From contig JAZTZM010000040.1 of assembly GCA_045637465.1 (NCBI GenBank), positions 111,399 through 175,398 of the forward strand: a DNA stretch of 64,000 nt. The letters run 5' to 3'. Of this stretch, positions 8,430 to 17,638 are shown one piece after another (positions within the stretch are counted from its first letter, which is position 1; each line of letters opens with the position of its first letter). The notes beneath the pieces were generated by a model. The model was given only the letters and a program-made list of their open reading frames with translations. It was not told the origin of the DNA and searched no databases. Origin of the DNA: Acutalibacteraceae bacterium. Lineage in GTDB: Bacteria; Bacillota; Clostridia; Oscillospirales; Acutalibacteraceae. A program made the position numbers and the translations under genes.

Positions 8430-10847
8430 TTATATTGTGTCTGTCGGTGTCAGTTTTTCGCCGTCGAATATAAACGTGCTGAATTCAAATGCACCCAGTT
8501 TTATTTCAGCAGATGTTTCAGCGATTTTAAGCGTTGCTGAGGCAGGCTTATCGGTTGAGTTGAATACTCTGAGCAGAATTCCGTCATCCTTTTTGCAAAG
8601 CCTTGTGAGTATTACGTTGCCGTTATCAAGCTCAACTGAGGTTTCTTTTTTCTCACCAAGACCTGACGGGAAGAACGAAAGCGCAATGCACGGCTCGTTG
8701 AAAAGCTGTGCCTGCATATCGATAAGGTTTGTGTCAGCTGTTAATCTGTAGCTGAACTCGCGCTCGCCTATGTCGATTCTGTCGTGTGTGCGGTCTGTGT
8801 CGGCAAGGGGTCTGTCACCAATCGGGTGAGCGGAATATACGGGTGTGCGAAGCAGAGAAATGCCAAGCACGTTTTTATCAACACTGCCGCCGTGAGTGCC
8901 GTTGTTGATTACTGCAAGGCTGTTTTTGCCGTCAGTAATGCTGCACCATTTCTGGTAAACGGCTTCTTTACCCTCGGTGCGAAGCTGCTCTGTGCCGAAT
9001 GCTGTCTGACCGTAAAAATCGGGGTTGTCAAACAGAGAATCAAAGTTGAGTTTATAAAATCTGCTGCTGTCGTTTGAGAGCATACGTATTTTAAGGTCTA
9101 TATAGTTGCCGTTTTTGGGCAAGGTATAGGTCACGCTTGCAAACGAATTGCCGCAACCGAAAATCGCCTGGATTTTAAGCCTTACCGCACCGTTTTCAAT
9201 TACCCTTACGTTGCCCGTTTTTTCGTCGGGATAACCGTTGAATGCGTTGGCTTTCTCGTCGCTGAGAAGTGTGAAGCGGTCAATTACATCGTTGAAGCTG
9301 TCAACCGTCATACCCCACGGGTCTTCGTTGTCACGGCTTGCAGTGATGTTTGCACTGCCTGCTTTGAGCATATCAACGCCGTTGACACGGTATCTGTCAA
9401 TAAGTCCCGTCTTTTTGCTGATGAGCACCTGCATTGTGCCGTTGTCAAAGGTGAAGTGTTCATCGGTCTGCTCGCAGGGTTCAATCTTTCGCTTGGGATA
9501 GTTCTCCACGTGAAGCTCACAGTCAAAGCGGTTTATGCTCATCGGCTCAAGCTCTGCTCTGAAGCAGACCCTCTTGCGCCAGTCAAGGCTGAACGTGCAA
9601 GCCTCTTTTTCATTCTGTGCGGGCAGGTAGTTGCCGTTTTTGCCGCGCACACTTACAAGCGTTACCTCGTTTTCGTTCCAGTTCTGGTCCTGCAGCTGGA
9701 ACTCAACCTCAACGTCCTGAACCACCTTATACGGATGCGGATTGAATACGAGAACGGGAATTTCGCCGTCCTTCGCCTTTGGCTGACCCGAGCAAAGTTT
9801 GAAGAAAGCCTTGTTCTTGTATCGCTCGGTAATTTCGTTACCGTATGAGAGCAGACGCAGGCAGTCTTCCTCCGCCGCCTTTATGCTTGTGCCGGGCAGA
9901 ATATCGTGGAACTCGCAGAAGAGCAGCGCTTTTTCCGCTTTTTCAAGCTCTGTTTTGTCGTATGTAACGCCGCTGAGTGCGAGCATTTTTTCGCATACGC
10001 TAAGCTCGTTTTCAAGTCTGCGGTGAGCCTGCTTGATGCGTGCCATTGTTGTGTAACAGCCAATCATTGTGTAGTTGAGCGATTTGTCAAAAACCTCAAG
10101 ATCGGATTTGTTGATGCGCTCAAAATAATTCTCACAATAAGAGTGCCTGAGACCTTGTTCCGGGTGCTCCTTCATATATTCCGCAATTGTCTGCAGATCA
10201 ACCCTTGACGGGCCGCCGCCGTGGTTACCTATGCCCCAGAATGTCATATTGATGCCGTCGGCATATTCACGCTCAAGCGCAAGGTTGATTTTGTTTATCA
10301 CCTTGCCTTTTCCTGTGTTATAGCCGCCGCTTAACTTGTGCGCAATTATCTCACTGCCGTCAAAGCCGCGCCAGATGAAATCGTGCTCTGCATCAATTCC
10401 TGACGGACGCATAAACACATAGGAATCATAGCCGCATTTTTTAAGTATCTGCACAAGACCTTTTGAGTGACCGAACGGGTCAAAGTTTATTGCGGTTGTC
10501 GGTGTTACGCCGAATTTTTCTTTGAAATATTTTCTGCCTGTTTCAATCTGACGGATGAAGCTTTCGCCGCAGGGCATAACGCAGTCGGGCTGAAGATACC
10601 AGCCGCCCATAATGCGCCACTTGCCCTCGCTTACAAGGCGCTGTATGCGTGCAAAAAGCTCAGGCTCGTTTTCTTCAACCCATTCGTAAAGCACGGATTC
10701 GTTGTGGTTGAATATAAAGCCGTCAAACTCATCGCAGAAATCTGCCGCAACGCGGAAGGTTGATATAGCCTCGGCAATTCCCTCGGGTCGTTGCCACAGC
10801 CATACCGGGTCAAGATGTGCGTTGCATATCATATGTAATTCTTTCAT
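8430..10847 (-). CDS. Glycoside hydrolase family 38 alpha-mannosidase (cytoplasmic, about 805 aa)
   Basis: N-terminal ...HMICNAHLDPVWLW..., FIFNHNESVLYEW and GGWYLQPDCVMP motifs typical of GH38. No signal peptide. Start taken at ATG 10847 (alternative 10868 overlaps the upstream gene). Confidence 0.85.
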   Translation of the reverse strand: MKELHMICNAHLDPVWLWQRPEGIAEAISTFRVAADFCDEFDGFIFNHNESVLYEWVEENEPELFARIQRLVSEGKWRIMGGWYLQPDCVMPCGESFIRQIETGRKYFKEKFGVTPTTAINFDPFGHSKGLVQILKKCGYDSYVFMRPSGIDAEHDFIWRGFDGSEIIAHKLSGGYNTGKGKVINKINLALEREYADGINMTFWGIGNHGGGPSRVDLQTIAEYMKEHPEQGLRHSYCENYFERINKSDLEVFDKSLNYTMIGCYTTMARIKQAHRRLENELSVCEKMLALSGVTYDKTELEKAEKALLFCEFHDILPGTSIKAAEEDCLRLLSYGNEITERYKNKAFFKLCSGQPKAKDGEIPVLVFNPHPYKVVQDVEVEFQLQDQNWNENEVTLVSVRGKNGNYLPAQNEKEACTFSLDWRKRVCFRAELEPMSINRFDCELHVENYPKRKIEPCEQTDEHFTFDNGTMQVLISKKTGLIDRYRVNGVDMLKAGSANITASRDNEDPWGMTVDSFNDVIDRFTLLSDEKANAFNGYPDEKTGNVRVIENGAVRLKIQAIFGCGNSFASVTYTLPKNGNYIDLKIRMLSNDSSRFYKLNFDSLFDNPDFYGQTAFGTEQLRTEGKEAVYQKWCSITDGKNSLAVINNGTHGGSVDKNVLGISLLRTPVYSAHPIGDRPLADTDRTHDRIDIGEREFSYRLTADTNLIDMQAQLFNEPCIALSFFPSGLGEKKETSVELDNGNVILTRLCKKDDGILLRVFNSTDKPASATLKIAETSAEIKLGAFEFSTFIFDGEKLTPTDTI

Positions 10848-10854
10848 TGCTTTT

Positions 10855-12858
10855 TCACTCCAGAACAAGGTAGCCGCATACGCCGAGTGTTACCTTGCCG
10901 CTTACTGTTTCGCCGTTTACTACGTTTTTGTATTCTCTGTCAAGCTCAATCTCAGCAACGTCATCCGTGAAATTCATAACGAATACGGTGTCGCCTCTTT
11001 TTCTGACGGTTACGTTTTCGGGTGTGACAATTTCTGCATCGGGTGCGATTGAAAGCTGTGAAATGAGATTGTTGCAAAAATCCGCCGTGAAGCTGTCATC
11101 GTTGCGGAAAGCGGCATAATATGCCTTGCCCTTGCCGAATGAGTTTACGGTGAGTGCAGGCATACCTGCGTAAAAATCTTTGCCGTATGTGGCAAGCACC
11201 TCTGCTGTGTTTGCGTGGATGATGTCGCATATATGCACAACGTCATAATCCTTGCCGCCGTAGGTTGCAACGTTTTTCATACCCTCGGGCAGTGAATCCG
11301 TCTCTTCACACCATACGCCGAAAACCTGCTTGAGGTTGTTTGCCGGCCAACCGCCGAGGAAGCACATATCGTTGCTGTCAACAAAGCCGAAGAGATAGCC
11401 TGCAACAAAGCTGCCGCCGTCGGAAACGTATTTTTCAATTCTTTCTGCCGTGCCGTCCTTGAGCATATAGAGGTAGGGGGCAATAACCAGGTCGTACTGT
11501 GAGAAGTCCGCATCCATCGGGATAACGTCAACGGCAATGCCCATATCGTAAAACGGCTTGTACCACTTGACGCATTCGCCAACGTAATCTCTTTTGAGGT
11601 TGTTGAAGCCGCAGTAATGCTTTATTGCCCAGGAATTTTCCCAGTCGTAAACAATGGCAACCTTTGCGTTGCTGTAGCCGCCGACAACACTGCCGAGCTT
11701 TTCGAGCACTGTGCCGAGGCGTGCAACGTCACGGAAAACCCTTGTGTTTTCGTGACCGCAGTGGTCAACAACGGCACCGTGATATTTTTCGTGTCCGCCC
11801 TTGCTCTTTCGCCACTGGAAATACTGCACGCTGTCTGCGCCGTGGGCAATTGACTGGATTGAGGAGAGCTCCTGCATGCCGGGCTTTGGCAGCTTGTTTA
11901 TATCGTGCCAGTTGACGAGTGAGGGTGTGCTCTCCATCATAAAGAACGGCTGACCGCCTTTCATCGAGCGGAAAGCATCGTGCACAAAGGCTGTGTTTAC
12001 GGCAATTGCAGGGTTTTCGCCCTTATCCCACGCAGGGTAATTGTCCCACGAAATCAGGTCGAGGTGAGAAGCAAATTTCTGGTAGTCGATGCCGTAGTAC
12101 ATATTCATAAAGTTTGTTGTAATCGGGACGTTGGGTGTGATTTCGCGCAGCGGGGCAATCTCGTTTTCGTAGAAAGATATGTGGCTGTCGGAAACAAACC
12201 TGTTCCAGCAAAGCTTCATTGCCGAAACGTGGTTTTCACCTCTGTTTTTGGGTGAGTTAATCTGGCTCCAGTCGTTCATACGGTGGCTCCAGAATCCGTT
12301 CCACCATTTTTCGTTAAGCTCTTCAATATCGTTGTGATAGTATTCTCTTACCCAGTTGCGGAAAGCCTCCTGACAAAGTTCGCAGTGACATTCGCCGCAG
12401 TATTCGTTTGAGATGTGCCACATTTTGAGCGCAGGGTGGTTTTTGTAACGCTCAGCGATAATGCGGTTGATTTCGCGCACCTTCTGTCTGTATATCGGAG
12501 AGGTCAGGCAGTGGTTGTGGCGCACGCCGTATTCGTTGCGTATGCCGTTTTCTTCAACACGGAGCACCTCGGGATATTTCTGTGCAAGCCATGCAGGTCT
12601 TGCACCCGAAGGCGTTGCGAGAATTACGTCAATTCCGTTTGCGTGGAGCTTATCCATCATCGTGTCGAGCCAGCCGAAGTTGTATACGCCCTCTTCAGGC
12701 TCGATAAGCGACCAGGAGAAGATGCTGATTGTAGCACTGTTTACGTGTGCAAGCTTCATCAGGCGCATATCCTCGTCCCATATTTCGGGCGTGTTTATCC
12801 ACTGGTCGGGGTTGTAATCGCCGCCGTGAATTATGTGATCAAAAAATTTTTTGTTCAT
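10855..12858 (-). CDS. Glycoside hydrolase family 42 beta-galactosidase
   Basis: GGDYNPDQW..., ...WHISNEY (acid/base Glu region), ...FMMESTPS (nucleophile region), about 667 aa as expected for GH42. Confidence 0.88.
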   Translation of the reverse strand: MNKKFFDHIIHGGDYNPDQWINTPEIWDEDMRLMKLAHVNSATISIFSWSLIEPEEGVYNFGWLDTMMDKLHANGIDVILATPSGARPAWLAQKYPEVLRVEENGIRNEYGVRHNHCLTSPIYRQKVREINRIIAERYKNHPALKMWHISNEYCGECHCELCQEAFRNWVREYYHNDIEELNEKWWNGFWSHRMNDWSQINSPKNRGENHVSAMKLCWNRFVSDSHISFYENEIAPLREITPNVPITTNFMNMYYGIDYQKFASHLDLISWDNYPAWDKGENPAIAVNTAFVHDAFRSMKGGQPFFMMESTPSLVNWHDINKLPKPGMQELSSIQSIAHGADSVQYFQWRKSKGGHEKYHGAVVDHCGHENTRVFRDVARLGTVLEKLGSVVGGYSNAKVAIVYDWENSWAIKHYCGFNNLKRDYVGECVKWYKPFYDMGIAVDVIPMDADFSQYDLVIAPYLYMLKDGTAERIEKYVSDGGSFVAGYLFGFVDSNDMCFLGGWPANNLKQVFGVWCEETDSLPEGMKNVATYGGKDYDVVHICDIIHANTAEVLATYGKDFYAGMPALTVNSFGKGKAYYAAFRNDDSFTADFCNNLISQLSIAPDAEIVTPENVTVRKRGDTVFVMNFTDDVAEIELDREYKNVVNGETVSGKVTLGVCGYLVLE

Positions 12859-12908
12859 AACGTGTCACATCCTGTCAGATTTCTTTTTTTAAAACTATAA
12901 CACAAATC

Positions 12909-12950
12909 AAAAAATAAAAGCAAGCACTTACCGGAAGATAAGTGCCTGCC
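12909..12950 (-). terminator. Terminator after upp
   Basis: Minus strand: GCAGGCACTTATCTTCCGGTAAGTGCTTGC hairpin followed by TTTTATTTTTT. Confidence 0.6.
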
Positions 12951-12963
12951 TGAAAAACTTAAT

Positions 12964-13605
12964 TTATTTTGTGCCGAAAAGTCTGTCGCCTGCGTCACCG
13001 AGACCGGGCAGAATGTAGCCGTTTTCGTTGAGGCAACGGTCAAGTGTCGATACGAAGATGTGAACGTCGGGGTGTTCCTCAGCAACACGGCTGACACCCT
13101 CAGGTGCACCGATAACTGCCATAAACTTGATGTTTTTGCAGCCGCGCTTTTTGAGCTGAGCGATAGCGTCGCAGGCACTGCCGCCTGTTGCGAGCATCGG
13201 GTCAACAAGAAGCACAAGCTTGTCTTCAATGCCCTCGGGCAGTTTGCAGTAGTATTCGCAGGGCTCAAGTGTCTCCTCGTCGCGGTAGAGACCGATGTGA
13301 CCTACCTTTGCGCTGGGGAAGAGCACGTGAACACCGTTGACCATACCCAGACCTGCTCTGAGGATGGGCACGATTACGATTGAGTTATCTTTTACCACCT
13401 GCTGCTTGCAGGTTTCAAGCGGTGTCTGCACCTCGATTTCAACCGTGGGCACACCCTCTTTAAGACATTCAAAGGTCATCAGCGTTGTGATTTCTTCAAT
13501 CAGCTCTCTGAATTCCTTCATGCTTGTCTTTTCGTTTCGGAGAATTGCGATTTTGTGATTTACGAGCGGATGGTCAAATATCGTAACGTTTTTGTAGTTT
13601 TCCAT
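12964..13605 (-). CDS. upp: Uracil phosphoribosyltransferase
   Basis: Full-length similarity to Upp: ...FDHPLVNHKIAILR..., PILRAGLGM, DPMLATGGS PRPP loop. Confidence 0.95.
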   Translation of the reverse strand: MENYKNVTIFDHPLVNHKIAILRNEKTSMKEFRELIEEITTLMTFECLKEGVPTVEIEVQTPLETCKQQVVKDNSIVIVPILRAGLGMVNGVHVLFPSAKVGHIGLYRDEETLEPCEYYCKLPEGIEDKLVLLVDPMLATGGSACDAIAQLKKRGCKNIKFMAVIGAPEGVSRVAEEHPDVHIFVSTLDRCLNENGYILPGLGDAGDRLFGTK

Positions 13606-13620
13606 AAAGCTTCACTTTCC

Positions 13621-15003
13621 TTAATTCTTCTTGTTTTTCTGTGATTTTTTGAGCACGGCATTTGTGATGATACCGAGGATGAGTGCGCAGGCGATTGCCG
13701 TGATGGTGACCTTGCCGATGGAGATTGCCATGCCGCCGATACCGCTGATGAGAATTACGGAAACGGTGAAGAGGTTTGCGTTGTCCTCAAGGTCTACCTT
13801 GCGTATCATCTTAAGACCCGAAACCGCGATGAATCCGTAAAGTGTGATGCATACGCCGCCCATAACACAGCCGGGGATTGAATCGAGGAACGCGATAAAC
13901 GGAGAGATGAATGAAACGAGAATTGCCATTGCGGCAGTTGCCGAGATTGTGATAACGGATGCGTTGCGTGTGATTGCGACACAGCCGACGGATTCGCCGT
14001 AAGTTGTGTTGGGGCAGCCGCCGAAAACAGCGCCTGCAACCGAGCCGATACCGTCACCGAGAAGTGTGCGGTGAAGGCCGGGATTTTCAAGCAGGTCTTT
14101 GCCGATAATGCTGGAAAGGTTTTTGTGGTCTGCGATATGCTCGGCAAAAACAACGAATGCAACGGGCACGTAAGCAACTGCTATTGTTATAAGATAGTTT
14201 ACGTTAAATTCTTTAATGCCTGTGAATGCTTTGAGGAATGTAAATTCGGGCACTGCAACAAAGGTGTTCACGCCGACACCGTTTTCAACAAGAGCCGTAA
14301 AGGGTGCAAAGTCGATAATCTTGAGCGCATCAATATGTGCAGTGTAGCCGATAACGGTGAATACCATTGCAACGGCATAACCTGCAAGCACACCGATGAT
14401 AAACGGAATGAGCTTTATTTTTTTGCTGCCGTAGGTTGAGCAGAGCATAACGACGAAAAGTGTGACGAGAGCGCAGAGAAGAGAAAGCCAGATGTTTGTG
14501 CTCATAATGAATGCGCCGTTGCTGTCCTGAGGGCCGTAGGAGAAAACGTCTTTTACAGCGGCGGAAGCAAGGGAAAGACCGATAAGCGCAACCGTCGGGC
14601 CGATAACAGCCGCAGGCATAAGCTTGTTAATCCAGCCAACACCGACAAACTTGACGATAACTGCGAGCAGGACGTAGACGAGTGCGGCAAAAGCTGCACC
14701 GAGAACAATGCCGAGATAGCCGAGTGCCATTGACGATGCACCTGCAAAAGCGGCAAGCATTGAGCCGATGAACGCAAATGATGAGCCGAGGAATACGGGG
14801 CTGCGGAATTTTGTGAAGAGCTGGTAGACGAAGGTGCCTATACCTGCTCCGAAAAGAGCTGCTGATATTGACATACCGTTGCCGACGATTGCCGGCACGG
14901 CAATTGTTGCCGCCATAATTGCAAGCAGCTGCTGGAATGCCAGAACGATGAGCTGACCGAATTTCGGTTTGTCGTGGATGTCGTATACGAGTTTGTTACT
15001 CAT
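13621..15003 (-). CDS. Uracil/xanthine permease (NCS2 family)
   Basis: Polytopic membrane protein with NCS2-type motifs (...FAEHIADH..., ...GCPNTTYGESVG...). Sits 15 nt upstream of upp in an operon-like arrangement. Confidence 0.88.
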   Translation of the reverse strand: MSNKLVYDIHDKPKFGQLIVLAFQQLLAIMAATIAVPAIVGNGMSISAALFGAGIGTFVYQLFTKFRSPVFLGSSFAFIGSMLAAFAGASSMALGYLGIVLGAAFAALVYVLLAVIVKFVGVGWINKLMPAAVIGPTVALIGLSLASAAVKDVFSYGPQDSNGAFIMSTNIWLSLLCALVTLFVVMLCSTYGSKKIKLIPFIIGVLAGYAVAMVFTVIGYTAHIDALKIIDFAPFTALVENGVGVNTFVAVPEFTFLKAFTGIKEFNVNYLITIAVAYVPVAFVVFAEHIADHKNLSSIIGKDLLENPGLHRTLLGDGIGSVAGAVFGGCPNTTYGESVGCVAITRNASVITISATAAMAILVSFISPFIAFLDSIPGCVMGGVCITLYGFIAVSGLKMIRKVDLEDNANLFTVSVILISGIGGMAISIGKVTITAIACALILGIITNAVLKKSQKNKKN

Positions 15004-15134
15004 ACTAAAACCCTCTCTGATTTTATTTGACAGTTTAGTTTCTGTCTTTGTTCTGAGTTTAGCACATATGTTTTATAAATTCAATCAAATATTGATATTA
15101 GCAGACATATTTTTACAAGATATTGTGTTTTTAT

Positions 15135-15170
15135 TCAAAAAAGCCGCTTCACTCACGGTGAGGCGGCTTA
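15135..15170 (-). terminator. Terminator after the lipoprotein gene
   Basis: Minus strand: AAGCCGCCTCACCGTGAGTGAAGCGGCTT hairpin followed by TTTTTT. Confidence 0.6.
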
Positions 15171-15184
15171 AGGAAAATATGAGA

Positions 15185-16015
15185 TTAATACTTCACATCG
15201 TAATCCTTGACGAATGTGAAACCGATAACAAGGTCGTGCGTGCCGAACATATTGACGGTTATGTTGAGTGTGAGCGGTGTGGAGTAAACGATGTGTGTCA
15301 CCTGGTCTGTTTCCTTATCAACGGTTGCGGTGATTTCACAGTTATAGTATTCTGTCGTGAATTTTTCGACAAAGGGTGCTTTCTCCGCAACCTCGCCTGC
15401 CTCAATTACGTCGCATACTGCGCCGATACCTGAGCCTGCAGTGGGGCTTGTCTGGCTTTTGAGCTTGATATATATTTCATATGTATCGCCGTTGTCGGTG
15501 CAGGTTGCCTTGCTGACGTATGAGGGGTCAAGCTTGCTGACGTAGCTCTGACCGGGTACGATGAAGTTTTCTTTGATTGCATCCTTGCCCGTGTATACTA
15601 TCGGGTCGGTGTCATCTTTCATAAAAGAAGATATCATGCTGTCAGCTGTTGACTGAAGACCTGCGGGCACAACAAGTCTGTCTTTGTTGACAATACGCTT
15701 TTCAAAGTTCTTGGTAACGGATGAAGCGCTTGTCTTGATTTTGTTTGCGCTTTCGTTAAACAGCTCAACAATATCCTGTGTTGAGGAGGGTAACTGCGGC
15801 TGAGTTGTTGTTTCTGTTGTTGTTTCAGCCTCGGTTGTTTCAACCTGAGTTGTTGTTTCCGCTGTTGTTTCTTCTGTCGGAACGGTGTCTGCGACTGTTG
15901 TCTGAGCAAGCGCATCCGCGGTCGGCTGTGTTGTCTGCTCTGGAGTTTCCTTGTTGCCGCAGGCGGCTGTTGTTAACATTATTGCCGCAAGGCATATAAC
16001 GGTGAGCTTTTTCAT
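15185..16015 (-). CDS. Lipoprotein of unknown function with a Thr/Glu-rich linker
   Basis: Signal peptide plus lipobox (MKKLTVICLAAIMLTTAAC), followed by a TTQ/ETT low-complexity tract and a globular C-terminal domain. Confidence 0.75.
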   Translation of the reverse strand: MKKLTVICLAAIMLTTAACGNKETPEQTTQPTADALAQTTVADTVPTEETTAETTTQVETTEAETTTETTTQPQLPSSTQDIVELFNESANKIKTSASSVTKNFEKRIVNKDRLVVPAGLQSTADSMISSFMKDDTDPIVYTGKDAIKENFIVPGQSYVSKLDPSYVSKATCTDNGDTYEIYIKLKSQTSPTAGSGIGAVCDVIEAGEVAEKAPFVEKFTTEYYNCEITATVDKETDQVTHIVYSTPLTLNITVNMFGTHDLVIGFTFVKDYDVKY

Positions 16016-16226
16016 ATTTATAATTCCCCCTGAGTTTTCTGTTTGCGAATTAAAGTATAATCCTATTTGCAGAAAATTTCAATAGAGAAGAGTTACGGAA
16101 AAGTAACCTGACAAGAAATTACTGCTTGAAAAGGTTTTTGCCGTATGATAAAATATTTTTATGCTTCGACACACGTAACGTACAATGCTTTTCAGAGGAG
16201 CATTTTTTATTTGATAAGGAGAAGAA

Positions 16227-17495
16227 ATGAAGACACCTGATATTCTTGTAAAAAAAGCACAGGAGCTTGAAGAGAAGATGCAGAGGATTTTTCCGTCCCT
16301 CGCACCCCTTGCAAAGCAGTGCTTTCTCAACACAATCGAAACAACAACCAAACAGCTCGACGACGGCACATATTTCGTAATCACGGGCGATATCCCTGCG
16401 ATGTGGCTGCGTGACAGTGCGGCACAGCTCAAACCCTACATAAAATATGCCGCAGAGGATGAGGAGCTTAAAGCAATCCTGCGCGGTGTTATCGCAAGGC
16501 ACGCTTCTTATGTCAACCTCGACCCGTATTCAAACGCTTTCAATGCCGAGCCCTGCCCCGATAAGTGGAAGGATGCATCCGATTTTGATCACGATCTGAT
16601 ATGGGAGCGCAAATATGAGGTTGATTCTCTCTGCGCTTCGGTTTACCTTATGTATGAGTATTATAAGGTGGCAAAGGATCCGCTTGTGCTCACGGCAGAA
16701 ACCGAGAAAATGCTTGAAACAATTGCGGATCATTTCATAAAAGAGCAGCACCACAAGGAAAATTCAACATACTTTTTTGACCGTAAAAACTGCCCCGTTT
16801 CCGATACGCTTCCCTTTAACGGCTACGGCAGACCCGTCAACTTCACGGGTATGACCTGGTCGGGCTTCCGTCCGTCGGATGATTCGTGCATATTCAACTA
16901 CCTTGTGCCGTCAAATATGATGGCTGTTGTTGCAATGCGCAAAGCTGCCGAGCTTGCAAAGGACGGTTTCGGCAACGCTGACCTTGCGGAAAAATGCCTT
17001 AAGCTGTCTGCGGAGATTGATGACGGTATCAGAAACTATGCCGTTGTAAACCATCCGAAGTACGGCAGGATTTATGCCTATGAAACAGACGGTTTCGGCA
17101 ATTACAATCTTATGGACGATGCAAATTCGCCCAGCCTCCTTGCCGCACCCTATCTCGGCTACTGCGATAAGGATGATGAACTTTACGTCAACACTCGCCG
17201 TTTCATCCTCTCAAAGGATAATCCCTATTATTTCGAGGGCAAGGCGGCAAAGGGTGTCGGCAGCCCGCACACACCCAAGAACAATATCTGGCACATCGCT
17301 CTTACAATGCAGATTATCACAAGCTCCGACAAGGAAGAAATCCGCGAATGTCTTGAGATGATAAGCAACACCCACGCAGGCACAAACTTTATGCACGAGT
17401 CGTTCAATATGGATGACCCGTCTGACTTTACAAGGGTCTGGTTTGCCTGGGCAAATACACTCTTTGCGCAGATGCTCGAAGGGCTTGAGGGCTGA
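16227..17495 (+). CDS. Glycoside hydrolase family 125 (DUF1237) exo-alpha-1,6-mannosidase-like protein
   Basis: ...VITGDIPAMWLRDSAAQ..., ...YEVDSL..., ...FAWANTLF... signatures recalled for GH125. No signal peptide. Confidence 0.82.
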   Translation: MKTPDILVKKAQELEEKMQRIFPSLAPLAKQCFLNTIETTTKQLDDGTYFVITGDIPAMWLRDSAAQLKPYIKYAAEDEELKAILRGVIARHASYVNLDPYSNAFNAEPCPDKWKDASDFDHDLIWERKYEVDSLCASVYLMYEYYKVAKDPLVLTAETEKMLETIADHFIKEQHHKENSTYFFDRKNCPVSDTLPFNGYGRPVNFTGMTWSGFRPSDDSCIFNYLVPSNMMAVVAMRKAAELAKDGFGNADLAEKCLKLSAEIDDGIRNYAVVNHPKYGRIYAYETDGFGNYNLMDDANSPSLLAAPYLGYCDKDDELYVNTRRFILSKDNPYYFEGKAAKGVGSPHTPKNNIWHIALTMQIITSSDKEEIRECLEMISNTHAGTNFMHESFNMDDPSDFTRVWFAWANTLFAQMLEGLEG

Positions 17496-17638
17496 GTTAA
17501 AAACAAATCTGAGGTTTGCACGGTAAATACTGTGTGCAAACCTCTTTTTTATATTGAAATATTTTATTATTGGTGTTATACTGTAAAGGACACAAAGCGG
17601 TCTTTAACCCGATTTTACATAAGAAAGGACGATGAACT

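Noticed and set aside
15004-15030. PyrR-binding-loop-like sequence (minus strand AAUCAGAGAGGGUU) upstream of the uracil permease/upp operon
   Set aside because: It deviates from the ARUCCAGAGAGGCU consensus and coincides with the RBS directly before the start codon. No antiterminator/terminator pair is evident upstream.
16176-16215. Terminator-like hairpin (ATGCT..AGCAT plus a T-run) in the GH125 leader, possibly an attenuator
   Set aside because: The stem is only 5 bp and no alternative antiterminator or recognisable sensor was found, so support is insufficient.
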